A stretch of DNA of 32,000 nt from Erysipelotrichaceae bacterium OH741_COT-311 (GTDB lineage: Bacteria; Bacillota_I; Bacilli_A; Erysipelotrichales; Erysipelotrichaceae): NCBI GenBank assembly GCA_003858585.1, contig RQZE01000001.1, positions 90,001 to 122,000 of the forward strand, given 5' to 3'. Made by a program: the position numbers and the translations under genes. Positions 8,657 to 18,556 of this stretch are shown here, piece by piece (within the stretch, counting starts at the first letter, position 1; every line of letters starts with the position of its first letter). Below the pieces are notes generated by a model. It was not told the origin of the DNA, made no database searches, and saw only the letters and a list, made by a program, of their open reading frames with translations.

Positions 8657-9928
8657 CTATAGTAATTGATATCCACCAACAGAACGTACAGATAATACAA
8701 ACGTTGAACCCTCACCAAACAAAGAATCCATCGCTTTTATAAATACCTGTAGCTTTTCTTGTGGAACAAAAGCTTGAATTGTACCCGCTAAACCTCCACC
8801 ATGAACACGATAAGCACCATCATCTTTTAAGATTTCCTCTGCAATAGCAAGTGCAACCGATAAATTTTGATGAGTTACATCATGGGTAGAATACACATTT
8901 TGTAAATACATATAACTTGATTTTCCTGATTCAATAATCAATTTTTTAAATGTTTCAATGTCATTTGCATTCAATGCAGCAACTTGTTTTACTACACGTT
9001 CTGTTTCATTTAAGAAATGATAGGCACGTAAAATCGCACGATCACTTACTTTTCCCTTTATCATACTCAAATGATTTAAGAATTCTTTCATAGTAACTTC
9101 TGACATTACTTCTTTACCAAATAAAGCCGCTACTTCCTTCATTTCCTTCGGCATTAACCCATATTCATCCGATAAATCAGCATGATCTCCTTTTGTATCA
9201 ACTAAACATAACGCTAAACCGCTTTGTTTAAAATCAAAATTTACTTTTTCAACAACTGGTTTTTCTTTATCTTTAAAATCAATTGTAATGAATCCACCTA
9301 CCGAACAAGCCATTTGATCCAATAAACCACAAGGCTTCTTAAAGTAATTGTTTTCTGACCATTGACCAATCTTAGCAATTTCTACACTATCAACACGATT
9401 TTCATTGTACAAATGTGATAATATCGTTCCAATTAAAACCTCAAAAGCAGCACTACTTGAAATACCACTTCCCTTTAATACGGAAGAATTACAATACGCT
9501 TTAAAACCCCCAACGTTATAATTTAACATTTTAAAACGTGCAACAATCCCACGAATAATTGCTTCAGAAGTAAATTTTTCTTCTTCTTTATACTCTAAAT
9601 CATTTAAATAAATTGGTTTTATTGTAAACCCTTCTGAAATGACTTCAATAACATCCTCACACTTAGCACATACCGCAACCATATCCATATTGACTGGTGC
9701 CGCTAACACTCTACCTTGTTGATGATCCGTATGATTTCCACCCACTTCAGTTCTACCCGGCGCTGAAAAAATATGATAATCTAAATCACCAAACATATCA
9801 TAGGCTTTATCCAACAATTGTTGGTAACGTTTCTTTTCTTGACAAACATCTTCTTTACATATTAAACGTTGAATGTTGTCATCTAATGCAGTTGTGTTTA
9901 ATAACTCTTTGATTTCAAACGCTTTCAT
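8657..9928 (-). CDS. galK: Galactokinase-family GHMP sugar kinase (long, non-canonical form)
   Basis: 423 aa. N-terminal substrate motif SAPGRTEVGGNHTDHQQG, and GHMP ATP-binding motif GSGISSSAAFEV. Strong SD CAGGAGG. The ATG overlaps the galM stop (ATGA). Confidence 0.75.
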   Translation of the reverse strand: MKAFEIKELLNTTALDDNIQRLICKEDVCQEKKRYQQLLDKAYDMFGDLDYHIFSAPGRTEVGGNHTDHQQGRVLAAPVNMDMVAVCAKCEDVIEVISEGFTIKPIYLNDLEYKEEEKFTSEAIIRGIVARFKMLNYNVGGFKAYCNSSVLKGSGISSSAAFEVLIGTILSHLYNENRVDSVEIAKIGQWSENNYFKKPCGLLDQMACSVGGFITIDFKDKEKPVVEKVNFDFKQSGLALCLVDTKGDHADLSDEYGLMPKEMKEVAALFGKEVMSEVTMKEFLNHLSMIKGKVSDRAILRAYHFLNETERVVKQVAALNANDIETFKKLIIESGKSSYMYLQNVYSTHDVTHQNLSVALAIAEEILKDDGAYRVHGGGLAGTIQAFVPQEKLQVFIKAMDSLFGEGSTFVLSVRSVGGYQLL

Positions 9929-10935
9929 TTTTCCTCCTGTACCAATTCAAAAATGGTCTGTTTTTTATATTGTTCATTCTTACGTAATATTGGTTGTTCA
10001 AACATTTTGTTATTAATTGCATTAGGATAAAACTGGGTTTCAAAGGCAATTCCGGCATGTTTTAAATAATCAACATTACCATTTGCATTTAATTCATGCA
10101 TATAATTTGCTGTATATACATGCATGTGATGCAAATCAGAATACACATTTAATAATTTGTTTTGATATTTTAAACTAGCAACTAAACTCAGCTCTTTATT
10201 GTTTAAAACAAAGTTATGGTCAAGACCATGATTCGCTAAAACAATTTGATCATGTTGATTATTTAATACAGTTTTTAAAGATTTATATTCTTTAAAATCA
10301 AATGGCGTATTTAATACCGACAATATAGTTGGTAAGGTTAATCCATTGGTATCCACCATACCAATCGCATCTGCATCAATCTTTAAATCATGATGTTCAA
10401 TGGTCGCTTCATCTGATAAATTAAAATAAGAATGATTCGTTAAACTGCATAAAGTATCTTGGTCACTAGTCGCTTCATACTCAATAATGACTTTATGATC
10501 CACTAAACGGTATCGAATATAAATATCCATATTCCCTGGATAATGACTTTCTTGATCCTTACTTAGATAATGACAAATAATTTCATTGTCCTTTACCTCT
10601 ACATCAAATACAACCGTATGTAAACCAGAAAGTCCACCATGCAAACTATTACCATTGTTATTGCAATCAAGTTGATATTGTATTCCATTTAGAATAAATT
10701 GCCCCTTTTCAATTCGATTTGCTACTCGACCAATCGTTTGTCCCATACAAGTATCACTTTTCTCATATTTAGAAACATCATCAAACCATAAAGTTACATC
10801 TTTACCATCACTTAAATCAATAAAGCGAGTTAACGTTGCTCCATAATTACAAACTTCAATTTTAATATATTCATTACTCAATTCATAAACATATGCATCA
10901 CTACCATTTTTTAACTTACCGAATGTTTTCATCAT
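9925..10935 (-). CDS. galM: Aldose 1-epimerase (galactose mutarotase)
   Basis: 336 aa. Motifs …GRVANRIEKGQF…NGNSLHGG… and …TNHSYFNL… are typical of mutarotases. The ATGATGA start overlaps the rnc stop. Confidence 0.85.
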   Translation of the reverse strand: MMKTFGKLKNGSDAYVYELSNEYIKIEVCNYGATLTRFIDLSDGKDVTLWFDDVSKYEKSDTCMGQTIGRVANRIEKGQFILNGIQYQLDCNNNGNSLHGGLSGLHTVVFDVEVKDNEIICHYLSKDQESHYPGNMDIYIRYRLVDHKVIIEYEATSDQDTLCSLTNHSYFNLSDEATIEHHDLKIDADAIGMVDTNGLTLPTILSVLNTPFDFKEYKSLKTVLNNQHDQIVLANHGLDHNFVLNNKELSLVASLKYQNKLLNVYSDLHHMHVYTANYMHELNANGNVDYLKHAGIAFETQFYPNAINNKMFEQPILRKNEQYKKQTIFELVQEEK

Positions 10936-11615
10936 CGCACCATCTTATCAAACGCATCTTTAGCAGCGTTTTGTTCTGCTTTCTTTTTACTGTTTCCAAT
11001 CCCTTTACCTAATACAATATCATCTACTTTAACCACTACTTCAAAAGATGGATTATTACTTGGTCCTTCTGTGTGAATCACTTCATAAACAACCGTTTTT
11101 CGATTATCTGCTTGTATATATTCTTGTAACTTTGTTTTATAGTCGTGAAACACCAAAGTTTCATGATTCAAAATAAACGGCAACATCACTTCATCCAATA
11201 TACAATCCACCGCCTTCATACCGGAATCTAAATACAAAGCTCCAAGCATTGCTTCAAAGGTATCGGCTAAAATGGAATCTCGGTTACGACCACCTGTTTT
11301 TTCCTCACCTTGCCCCAACATTAACAATGGACTTAAACCTAAAGTACGTGCACAATTTGCTAAGGATGTCTCATTTACAAGCTTGGCACGTAAGGTTGTC
11401 ATTTGCCCCTCAGCAAGTTGTGGTTCTAACTTATATAAGTGCTCCGAAGTCCACAACTGTAACACTGCATCCCCCATAAATTCTAAACGTTCATTATCCT
11501 GAATGACTGTATATTTATGTTCATTAACATAGCTTGAATGTATAAATGCTTGTTTAATCAATTCGATATTTTTTATTTCAATATCTTTTAATTTAAAAAA
11601 TTCAACTAACTTCAT
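10932..11615 (-). CDS. rnc: Ribonuclease III
   Basis: 227 aa. RNase III signature NERLEFMGDAVL and a C-terminal dsRBD (…GKGIGNSKKKAEQNAAKDAF…). SD GAGGA overlaps the recG stop. Confidence 0.95.
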   Translation of the reverse strand: MKLVEFFKLKDIEIKNIELIKQAFIHSSYVNEHKYTVIQDNERLEFMGDAVLQLWTSEHLYKLEPQLAEGQMTTLRAKLVNETSLANCARTLGLSPLLMLGQGEEKTGGRNRDSILADTFEAMLGALYLDSGMKAVDCILDEVMLPFILNHETLVFHDYKTKLQEYIQADNRKTVVYEVIHTEGPSNNPSFEVVVKVDDIVLGKGIGNSKKKAEQNAAKDAFDKMVR

Positions 11616-11622
11616 AATATCC

Positions 11623-13635
11623 TCAATCTAACATTTCAACACTTTCTTTTAGACGTTTTTTTATTTGCTCTACTAATGCTTTATTTTCTTTTATTTCTAG
11701 ATGATTTAAAATTGCTACGGCATCTTTTTTGCTTATTTCAATAATCTTGCTATCTTCAAAAATATTTCCTAAAATAAAAGATGGCAAACCACTTTGACGA
11801 TATCCTAAAAGATCACCTGGACCTCGAATTTTTAAATCTTCTAATGATAATTCAAATCCATTTGTTGTTTTTGTTAAAATATCTAAGCGCTTTAACGCCT
11901 GTTCCTCTTTACTATTGGTTAGTAAATAACAATGTCCTAAATGTTGTCCTCTTACAACTCTACCACGTAATTGATGAAGTTGACTTAAACCAAAACGTTG
12001 AGCGTCATAAATAATCATACAGGTTGCATTCTCTACATTAATTCCAACTTCAATTACAGTTGTGGAAACTAAAATCTGTACTTTATTCTCTTTAAACAAG
12101 TTCATCACTTGTTCTTTTTCATACAAGGACATTTTACCATGTAACAAGGAAACCTGAGCGACATCTTTAAATTCATTTGAAAGTTTAGTAAATATGTCGT
12201 AAACATTTCTTGCATCAAACTGTTCATTTTCATCAATCGCCGGACATACTACATAGACTTGTTGTCCTAGTTTTAAAATATCTAAAATTTCATTATAAAT
12301 AGGTAAAATAGAGTTTTTTTTCACTAATTTTGTAATGACACCTTTGCGATTACTAGGCATAGAACGGATGGTAGAAACGTCTAAATCTCCATAAAGAACA
12401 CTCGCTAATGTTCTAGGTATTGGTGTTGCACTCATTAGTAAAAAATTAACTTTACTACCTTTATTTATCATTTTACGTCGTTGCATAACCCCAAAACGAT
12501 GTTGTTCATCCGCCACGACCAATCTTAAATTTGCAAAAACAACTTGTTCCTGAAACAAAGAATGCGTACCTACTAAAATATCAATTTCTTTTTGTTCTAA
12601 CGCATTTAAAATTCGTTTCTTTTCACTTGATGGTAAAGAACTATATAAAACTTCAACTCTTACCTTTGAATCATTGAAAAACTGTAGTATCGATTCATAG
12701 TGTTGTTTTGCAAGAATTTCAGTCGGAACTAACATTGCAGCTTGCCCATGTCCTAATACACAGGCATACATGGCTAGCATTGCTACAATTGTTTTCCCAC
12801 ACCCTACATCTCCCTGCACCAAACGATGCATGGTTTTTGAGGACTTTAAGTCTTCCAACACTTCTTTTATCGTTTGCAGTTGATCCACGGTTAAGCTATA
12901 AGGGAGTGTATAAATCATTTCATATACTTTATTTTCATCAAAAAGTAACTGATTATCCATCTCTTGTAAATGTTCTTTTTTTAAAAGCATCATAGATAAA
13001 TAAAACAGTAAGAACTCTTCATACTTTAAATGACGATAGCTTTGTTTAATATCTTCTTGACTTGTCGGATTATGAATCTTTTTTAAAGCATCTACTTTAT
13101 CAATTAAACGATATTTTTCTCTATAAATGCTTGGTACAGTATTTGTAATATCCCTTTCCACTGTTTGAATGGTTTTATCTATGATATCTTTAATGGTTGT
13201 TTGTTTAATACCTTCTTTTGTAGAATATATCGGTGTAATCTTTAGGTTTTCTTTTAAAGACTTGGTATTATAATTCATTGCCACAATTTTACGATTTCCT
13301 TGATATTTACCAACAATGGTTAAGTAATTACCTTCCTTAAAATTCGTAATCCAAGGTTGATTATACAAAACTATTTCAAAGAGTTCTTGTTCTGCTTCAA
13401 AGTGAAATCTTGTCACTGCTTTTTTATATCCATAACGAAAAACAGTAGCTCTTGATACAATTCTTCCATGGATAATGACCTTATCGTTTACCTTCCAACT
13501 TGCATAAGGTATATACTCATGAATTTCATAACGAAAAGGATAATACATTAAGAGTTCTTCTACTGTATTAATGTTTAATTTCTTTAAAGTTTCATAACGA
13601 TATTTTGTTAATTTCAAATCTTGTAATGTTTTCAT
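11623..13635 (-). CDS. recG: ATP-dependent DNA helicase RecG
   Basis: 670 aa. N-terminal wedge/OB region, Walker A GDVGCGKT, DEQH box (VVADEQHRFG), and helicase C motifs (…QLHQLRGRVVRG…). Confidence 0.95.
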   Translation of the reverse strand: MKTLQDLKLTKYRYETLKKLNINTVEELLMYYPFRYEIHEYIPYASWKVNDKVIIHGRIVSRATVFRYGYKKAVTRFHFEAEQELFEIVLYNQPWITNFKEGNYLTIVGKYQGNRKIVAMNYNTKSLKENLKITPIYSTKEGIKQTTIKDIIDKTIQTVERDITNTVPSIYREKYRLIDKVDALKKIHNPTSQEDIKQSYRHLKYEEFLLFYLSMMLLKKEHLQEMDNQLLFDENKVYEMIYTLPYSLTVDQLQTIKEVLEDLKSSKTMHRLVQGDVGCGKTIVAMLAMYACVLGHGQAAMLVPTEILAKQHYESILQFFNDSKVRVEVLYSSLPSSEKKRILNALEQKEIDILVGTHSLFQEQVVFANLRLVVADEQHRFGVMQRRKMINKGSKVNFLLMSATPIPRTLASVLYGDLDVSTIRSMPSNRKGVITKLVKKNSILPIYNEILDILKLGQQVYVVCPAIDENEQFDARNVYDIFTKLSNEFKDVAQVSLLHGKMSLYEKEQVMNLFKENKVQILVSTTVIEVGINVENATCMIIYDAQRFGLSQLHQLRGRVVRGQHLGHCYLLTNSKEEQALKRLDILTKTTNGFELSLEDLKIRGPGDLLGYRQSGLPSFILGNIFEDSKIIEISKKDAVAILNHLEIKENKALVEQIKKRLKESVEMLD

Positions 13636-13672
13636 AATTCTTTACATAATGAAAAAGAAGATTTGCATCTTC

Positions 13673-15310
13673 TTATTCGATACCAAATACAAACGAATAT
13701 ACCGGCTGATTTCCATGATGTACTTCTACTTCTACATCTGAATGTGCTTCAATATACTCTAAAATGCAGTTTAATTCCTCTTCACTAGCATCTTCACCTT
13801 TTAAAACAGTAAGCAATTCAGCATCTTCTGTTTTTAATAATTCATCTAACAACGTCAATAATACTTGCATTTTATCAGGATTACTTACCACAATCTTTTT
13901 ACCAAGAATTGCCATATAGTCTCCTTTATTGATATTCAATCCTTCAAACGTTGTATTTTTAATCGCATATGTTACTTGTCCTGTAACTACTCTTGAAACA
14001 GCCTCTTTCATTTCATTTAGATTTGCTTCAACATCCAATTCAGGATTAAACATTAAGCAAGCACTAATCCCTTCCGGTAATGTTCTTGTTTCAATCACAT
14101 GAATATCACAGTCTTCAAGAATCGTTGCTGCTTGCTTAGCAGCCATAATAATATTCGAATTATTAGGAAGTAAGAAAATATGTTCTGCATTTACTTTTTT
14201 TATAGCTGCAACAAAATCTTCTGTAGAAGGATTCATTGTTTGACCACCTGAAATAACATGATCACATCTTAATTCCTTAAATAAGTTGACTAAACCATCC
14301 CCTGCTGCAACTGAAATTAAAGCATACTTACTCTTTTGATTCTTTTTATCATCTACACCAACAATAGAATCCTTATTATGGCCTAAATTATCATGTTGCT
14401 CCTGCATGTTTTCAATTTTTAACTTAACAAACTCACCATAACGTTGTCCAATATTTAGTGCTTCTCCAGGTGTTAACGTATGTACGTGTACTTTTACCAA
14501 TTCTTCATCTTGTACCACAACTAAAGAATTACCGATTTCTGACAATGATTTTTTAAGTTTCTCTTCTTTGAAAGTATGTAACTTATCTTCATTTAAACGA
14601 ATAATAAATTCTGTACAATATCCATATTCATCATGTTCTACATCTGCTAAAGTACTTGAAGCAGATTCTTGTTTACCTAAAGACTCTACCGGTTTTCCAC
14701 TTAAATAAGAAGCAAAACCTTTAAAAATCGCTAATAAACCGGCACCACCACTATCCACTACACCAACTTCTTTTAAAACCGGTAATAATTCTGGTGTATG
14801 ATCCAAAGATACTGTGGCATGTTTAATAAATAAATCTACACACTCTTGAATTGTAATATCCGGAGTGACTTTTACCTCTTCAAGTGTATAATAGCTTGCC
14901 TCACGTATCACCGTAAGAATTGTACCTTCTACCGGACGCATAACTGCTTTATACGCAACTTTAGCACCATTATCTAACGCCTGTGCAAATTCCAATGCGT
15001 TGATTTCAACTTTATCTTCAATTGCTTGATAAAAACCACGGAAAATTTGTGACGTAATTACTCCAGAGTTACCACGTGCTCCCATAAGTAATCCTTTTGA
15101 TAATGCCTTAGCGATTACATTTAATTCTTCACTATAGCTGTCAATCGCATTTTTTGTCCCACTTGAAAATGTCATTGACATATTGGTTCCTGTATCACCA
15201 TCAGGAACTGGAAATACATTTAAAGCATCTATTTCATGATGCACATTATATAAATGATTGGCACCACTTTGTAGCATTTCCTTAAAAATAAGACCATTTA
15301 AAGTTTTCAT
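13673..15310 (-). CDS. DAK2-domain fusion protein, YloV family
   Basis: 545 aa. N-terminal DAK2 motif (…NVFPVPDGDTGTNM…) plus a C-terminal DegV-like/YloV domain. Conserved asp23-yloV-recG neighbourhood. Confidence 0.9.
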   Translation of the reverse strand: MKTLNGLIFKEMLQSGANHLYNVHHEIDALNVFPVPDGDTGTNMSMTFSSGTKNAIDSYSEELNVIAKALSKGLLMGARGNSGVITSQIFRGFYQAIEDKVEINALEFAQALDNGAKVAYKAVMRPVEGTILTVIREASYYTLEEVKVTPDITIQECVDLFIKHATVSLDHTPELLPVLKEVGVVDSGGAGLLAIFKGFASYLSGKPVESLGKQESASSTLADVEHDEYGYCTEFIIRLNEDKLHTFKEEKLKKSLSEIGNSLVVVQDEELVKVHVHTLTPGEALNIGQRYGEFVKLKIENMQEQHDNLGHNKDSIVGVDDKKNQKSKYALISVAAGDGLVNLFKELRCDHVISGGQTMNPSTEDFVAAIKKVNAEHIFLLPNNSNIIMAAKQAATILEDCDIHVIETRTLPEGISACLMFNPELDVEANLNEMKEAVSRVVTGQVTYAIKNTTFEGLNINKGDYMAILGKKIVVSNPDKMQVLLTLLDELLKTEDAELLTVLKGEDASEEELNCILEYIEAHSDVEVEVHHGNQPVYSFVFGIE

Positions 15311-15320
15311 TAGACCCTCT

Positions 15321-15680
15321 CTATTCTACTACTCTTACATCCTGAACAAAAACATTACAAGCTGCAACTTCTAAGCCTAATGTTTTTTCTAACACATATT
15401 TAACTTTCTTTTGTACTTCACTAATAACTTCAGTCACTTTAACACCAAAACTAATAATAATATATAAATCAATCTCTAAACCATTTCCATTTGAACGAAC
15501 CACAACCCCTTTTGAATAGTTATCTTTCTTTAAAAGAACTGCAATTCCATCCTTAAATACTTTTTGGCTTGCCATCCCTACAACGCCATAGCACTCTGTA
15601 ACAACACCACCAGCTAAAGTCGCAATGGCATCATTTGAAATATTTATTGAACCTAAACTTGTATTTTTAATAATTGACAT
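15321..15680 (-). CDS. Asp23/Gls24-family envelope stress protein (YloU-like)
   Basis: 119 aa. Has the typical I..DAIATLAG....ECYGVVGM core. Precedes the yloV homolog, as in Bacillus. Confidence 0.85.
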   Translation of the reverse strand: MSIIKNTSLGSINISNDAIATLAGGVVTECYGVVGMASQKVFKDGIAVLLKKDNYSKGVVVRSNGNGLEIDLYIIISFGVKVTEVISEVQKKVKYVLEKTLGLEVAACNVFVQDVRVVE

Positions 15681-15726
15681 ATTTACCTCCCTAAATATTA
15701 CATATATTTATTCATATACTTTGCAT

Positions 15727-15735
15727 ATTATAACA
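15727..15735 (-). promoter_or_regulatory. Extended -10 promoter (TGTTATAAT) for asp23-yloV-recG-rnc-galM-galK
   Basis: Minus strand reads TGTTATAAT, 13 nt after the divIB stop and about 45 nt upstream of the asp23 ATG. No terminator lies in between. Confidence 0.5.
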
Positions 15736-15747
15736 AATTAAATAAAA

Positions 15748-16587
15748 TTACTCATTATTTGTGAAAGAATTTTCATCTGTTTTTTCTTCTGTTTCCTTAT
15801 TTTCTTCTAAATTATCCCATGGACATATTGATTTATAAGCATTTTTTGAAATGTCTTCAATAAAAATACAATTATTTACACCTTCAACACTAGAAATAAT
15901 ATCAAAGTATTGATTTAAGACTTCTGTTGAAAATATACTAACAAATACAGTATTTCCATCACGCATTAATAACTGCATCATATTTTGATCATAACTTTGA
16001 GGATACTGTGTAATTAAAGCAATGGAGCTTATAATATGCTCTTTTACTTCATCAAATGACTTTCCAACTTCTTTCATAACCTCTTCATCTTCAAAACCCG
16101 CAATCATTGGTAACCGAGCCAAAAGTTCATTTTCAAACTCTACAACAATTTCTTTATAATCTGTAGTATACACTATAATTTCATCGCTCACTCGATAAGC
16201 AAAGGGTTTACGCTCCACTACTTCAATGTTTATGACATTATATCGCTCATGGGTTACATAGCTATTGACAATGAAAGGATGCTTATTGACATTCTGGGTT
16301 ACAAGAAAATCTTGTACAAATAAATACTTACTATTTTTTTTAATTTTGGAATAGGCAATAATTTCATCCTTGGAAACATAGCTATTACCAACAACATGTA
16401 CTTTATAAACATTACTTGCTTCACTAAAAAAATACATCACACTCATTAGCACAATAGTAAAAATAACTCCTAAAAGAAACAATCGATTTTTAATGCCTTT
16501 ATTCTTTATTTTTTTACGAATTTGTTTGCGTTTATCAAGAATGACCTGTGCAGATTCCATCGGAATCTTTTCTTCACTTAATTGCAA
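15748..16587 (-). CDS. divIB: Cell division protein DivIB/FtsQ
   Basis: 279 aa. Basic N-terminus, a single TM (LFLLGVIFTIVLMSVMYFF), POTRA-like VYKVHVVGNSYVSKDEI and an acidic tail. It follows murG-murB. The start is TTG 16587 (SD GGAG 8 nt upstream, overlapping the murB end); ATG 16560 is the alternative. Confidence 0.8.
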   Translation of the reverse strand: MQLSEEKIPMESAQVILDKRKQIRKKIKNKGIKNRLFLLGVIFTIVLMSVMYFFSEASNVYKVHVVGNSYVSKDEIIAYSKIKKNSKYLFVQDFLVTQNVNKHPFIVNSYVTHERYNVINIEVVERKPFAYRVSDEIIVYTTDYKEIVVEFENELLARLPMIAGFEDEEVMKEVGKSFDEVKEHIISSIALITQYPQSYDQNMMQLLMRDGNTVFVSIFSTEVLNQYFDIISSVEGVNNCIFIEDISKNAYKSICPWDNLEENKETEEKTDENSFTNNE

Positions 16588-17474
16588 TTAAATTTCTCCA
16601 CTTCCATTACTAAGTCAATATTAAATTCTGCTTTTGCTTTTTCTTGAATCTCATCTACTAAAGTTAAAAAATCTTTACAAGAAGCTTGTTTAACATTAAC
16701 AATGAAATTGCCATGTTTATCACTTACACGAGCTCCACCAATTTGTTTGCCTCGATAACCAATTGCCTCAATCACTTGCCAAGACGCCATTTCATTTGGA
16801 TTACGAAACACACTACCGGCACTTGGAAAATTCAATGGTTGTGATTCAATACGACGTTTTTTACGCTCTTCAATCAAATTAAAGATTAATTCTTTTTCTT
16901 TATATTGTAAATGATAACGTACAGCCAATACAATCCAATCATCATGACTTTGGAAAACAGAGTGACGGTAATGAAACTCACATTCTTCATTGCTAATCCA
17001 TTCAAGCTTTCCATCACGATAAACAAACACTTCGCTTACCACATCTTTCATGGAAGATTTATAAGCACCGGCATTCATGTAAATGGTTCCTCCAACCGTT
17101 CCTGGAATACCACTTGCAAACTCTAATCCAGATAAGGACATACGCATACTTTCCATCGCCACCTGAATAATGGAACAACCTGCTTGTGCAACTAATGTTC
17201 TACCTTCAAAATAAAATTCATTTAAATGACGATCTAATTTGATAATCACACCATCATAAAAATCATCACCACATAATAAATTACTTCCCTTGCCAATCAA
17301 TTTAAACGGTTTGTTTTCTTCTTTAATAATACGTAACACTTCACTTAAAGATAACAGGTTGTAAGGATAGACAACATAGGCAGCATTCCCACCTATTTTT
17401 AAAGTTGTAAGTTCTTTAAAAGATTTGTTTTCCAATACATCTCCATATACATTTAATTTTTCAAATAAATTCAT
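16578..17474 (-). CDS. murB: UDP-N-acetylenolpyruvoylglucosamine reductase
   Basis: 298 aa. FAD-binding domain (…TTLKIGGNAAY…GKGSNLL…) and the catalytic region …PSAGSVFRNP…. Confidence 0.95.
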   Translation of the reverse strand: MNLFEKLNVYGDVLENKSFKELTTLKIGGNAAYVVYPYNLLSLSEVLRIIKEENKPFKLIGKGSNLLCGDDFYDGVIIKLDRHLNEFYFEGRTLVAQAGCSIIQVAMESMRMSLSGLEFASGIPGTVGGTIYMNAGAYKSSMKDVVSEVFVYRDGKLEWISNEECEFHYRHSVFQSHDDWIVLAVRYHLQYKEKELIFNLIEERKKRRIESQPLNFPSAGSVFRNPNEMASWQVIEAIGYRGKQIGGARVSDKHGNFIVNVKQASCKDFLTLVDEIQEKAKAEFNIDLVMEVEKFNCN

Positions 17475-17477
17475 TGT

Positions 17478-18548
17478 TTATTTCACCTTTGTAACCTTAT
17501 TTATCTCACTTATTATATCATTAATTGCACATGGATAGCCAAATTTTAATGCATTCCTTTTTAGTTTTTCCAAACGCAAATCATCATAAATCAATTCCTT
17601 AATTAAGTTAGCCAAAATGTCTTTTTGTAACTCTTTTTCTAAAACACAAATACTTGCTTGTTTACGATGTAGCGCCATGGCATTGTGATACTGATGATTA
17701 CCGGGAACATAAGGACTTGGAATGGTAATACTGGCAAGTCCACATGCCGTAATCTCACTAAGCGTTGTAGCACCTGCCCGACAAACAATTAAATCGACCG
17801 ACTTCATCACTTTTAAGCCATCAATATACTTCACAACTTTAATACGACTATTTCCTTGATACTTTTCTACAAATGCATCATAACCTTTTTCCCCTGTTAC
17901 ATATAACACTTGAAATTCTTCTTGTTGCAACTCCTTTAAGACTTCCAACATATGCTCATTTACACTACTTGAACCTAAAGATCCCATTACAAATAACACG
18001 GTTTTTTTGTTCGGATTAAGTCCATAATCCTTTAAGCATGATACATCTTTTGGATATTCATATAATTTTGAACCACGAGGATTCCCTAACACTTTTGTTT
18101 TAGAGTATTGTTTTACATTTTCTGAATAGCTACCAATAACCAAATCTACAAAACGTGCCAAAAACAAATTAGCCTTACCAAATTGTGAATTTTGCTCATG
18201 AATGATGGTCTTAATATGTAAAGACTTAGCTGCAAGAATAACAGGCACACTGATATAATTTCCAAAGCCAATGACTAAATCTGGTTTTTCTTTTCGAAAG
18301 AGTTCTTTTACTTCTTTTTGAACCTTAAGTAGATTCCAAAGAGTTTTAAAGCGTCCTTTAACCCCGGTATAATTCTTAATATTTAACGCAATAAAAGGAT
18401 AGTTATGACTTGGAATGATTTTACTTTCCATTCTCGATGAACTACCCATAAATGTTACGTTGTGATGATATTCTACTAACTTATCCGCTAAGGCTAACGC
18501 TGGATAGATATGACCACCTGTTCCTCCAGCAACCATAATAATATTCAT
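17478..18548 (-). CDS. murG: Undecaprenyldiphospho-muramoylpentapeptide beta-N-acetylglucosaminyltransferase
   Basis: 356 aa. N-terminal GGTGGHIYPALALA and C-terminal …VCRAGATTLSEI… motifs. Confidence 0.95.
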   Translation of the reverse strand: MNIIMVAGGTGGHIYPALALADKLVEYHHNVTFMGSSSRMESKIIPSHNYPFIALNIKNYTGVKGRFKTLWNLLKVQKEVKELFRKEKPDLVIGFGNYISVPVILAAKSLHIKTIIHEQNSQFGKANLFLARFVDLVIGSYSENVKQYSKTKVLGNPRGSKLYEYPKDVSCLKDYGLNPNKKTVLFVMGSLGSSSVNEHMLEVLKELQQEEFQVLYVTGEKGYDAFVEKYQGNSRIKVVKYIDGLKVMKSVDLIVCRAGATTLSEITACGLASITIPSPYVPGNHQYHNAMALHRKQASICVLEKELQKDILANLIKELIYDDLRLEKLKRNALKFGYPCAINDIISEINKVTKVK

Positions 18549-18556
18549 AAAACCTC

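Noticed and set aside
13655-13674. An 8-bp hairpin AAGAAGAT-ttgc-ATCTTCTT over the yloV stop, as a possible terminator before recG.
   Set aside because: The stem is short and A/T-rich, the U-tract is poor (TTTCATTATG), and the recG SD and start follow immediately. It is too weak to call.
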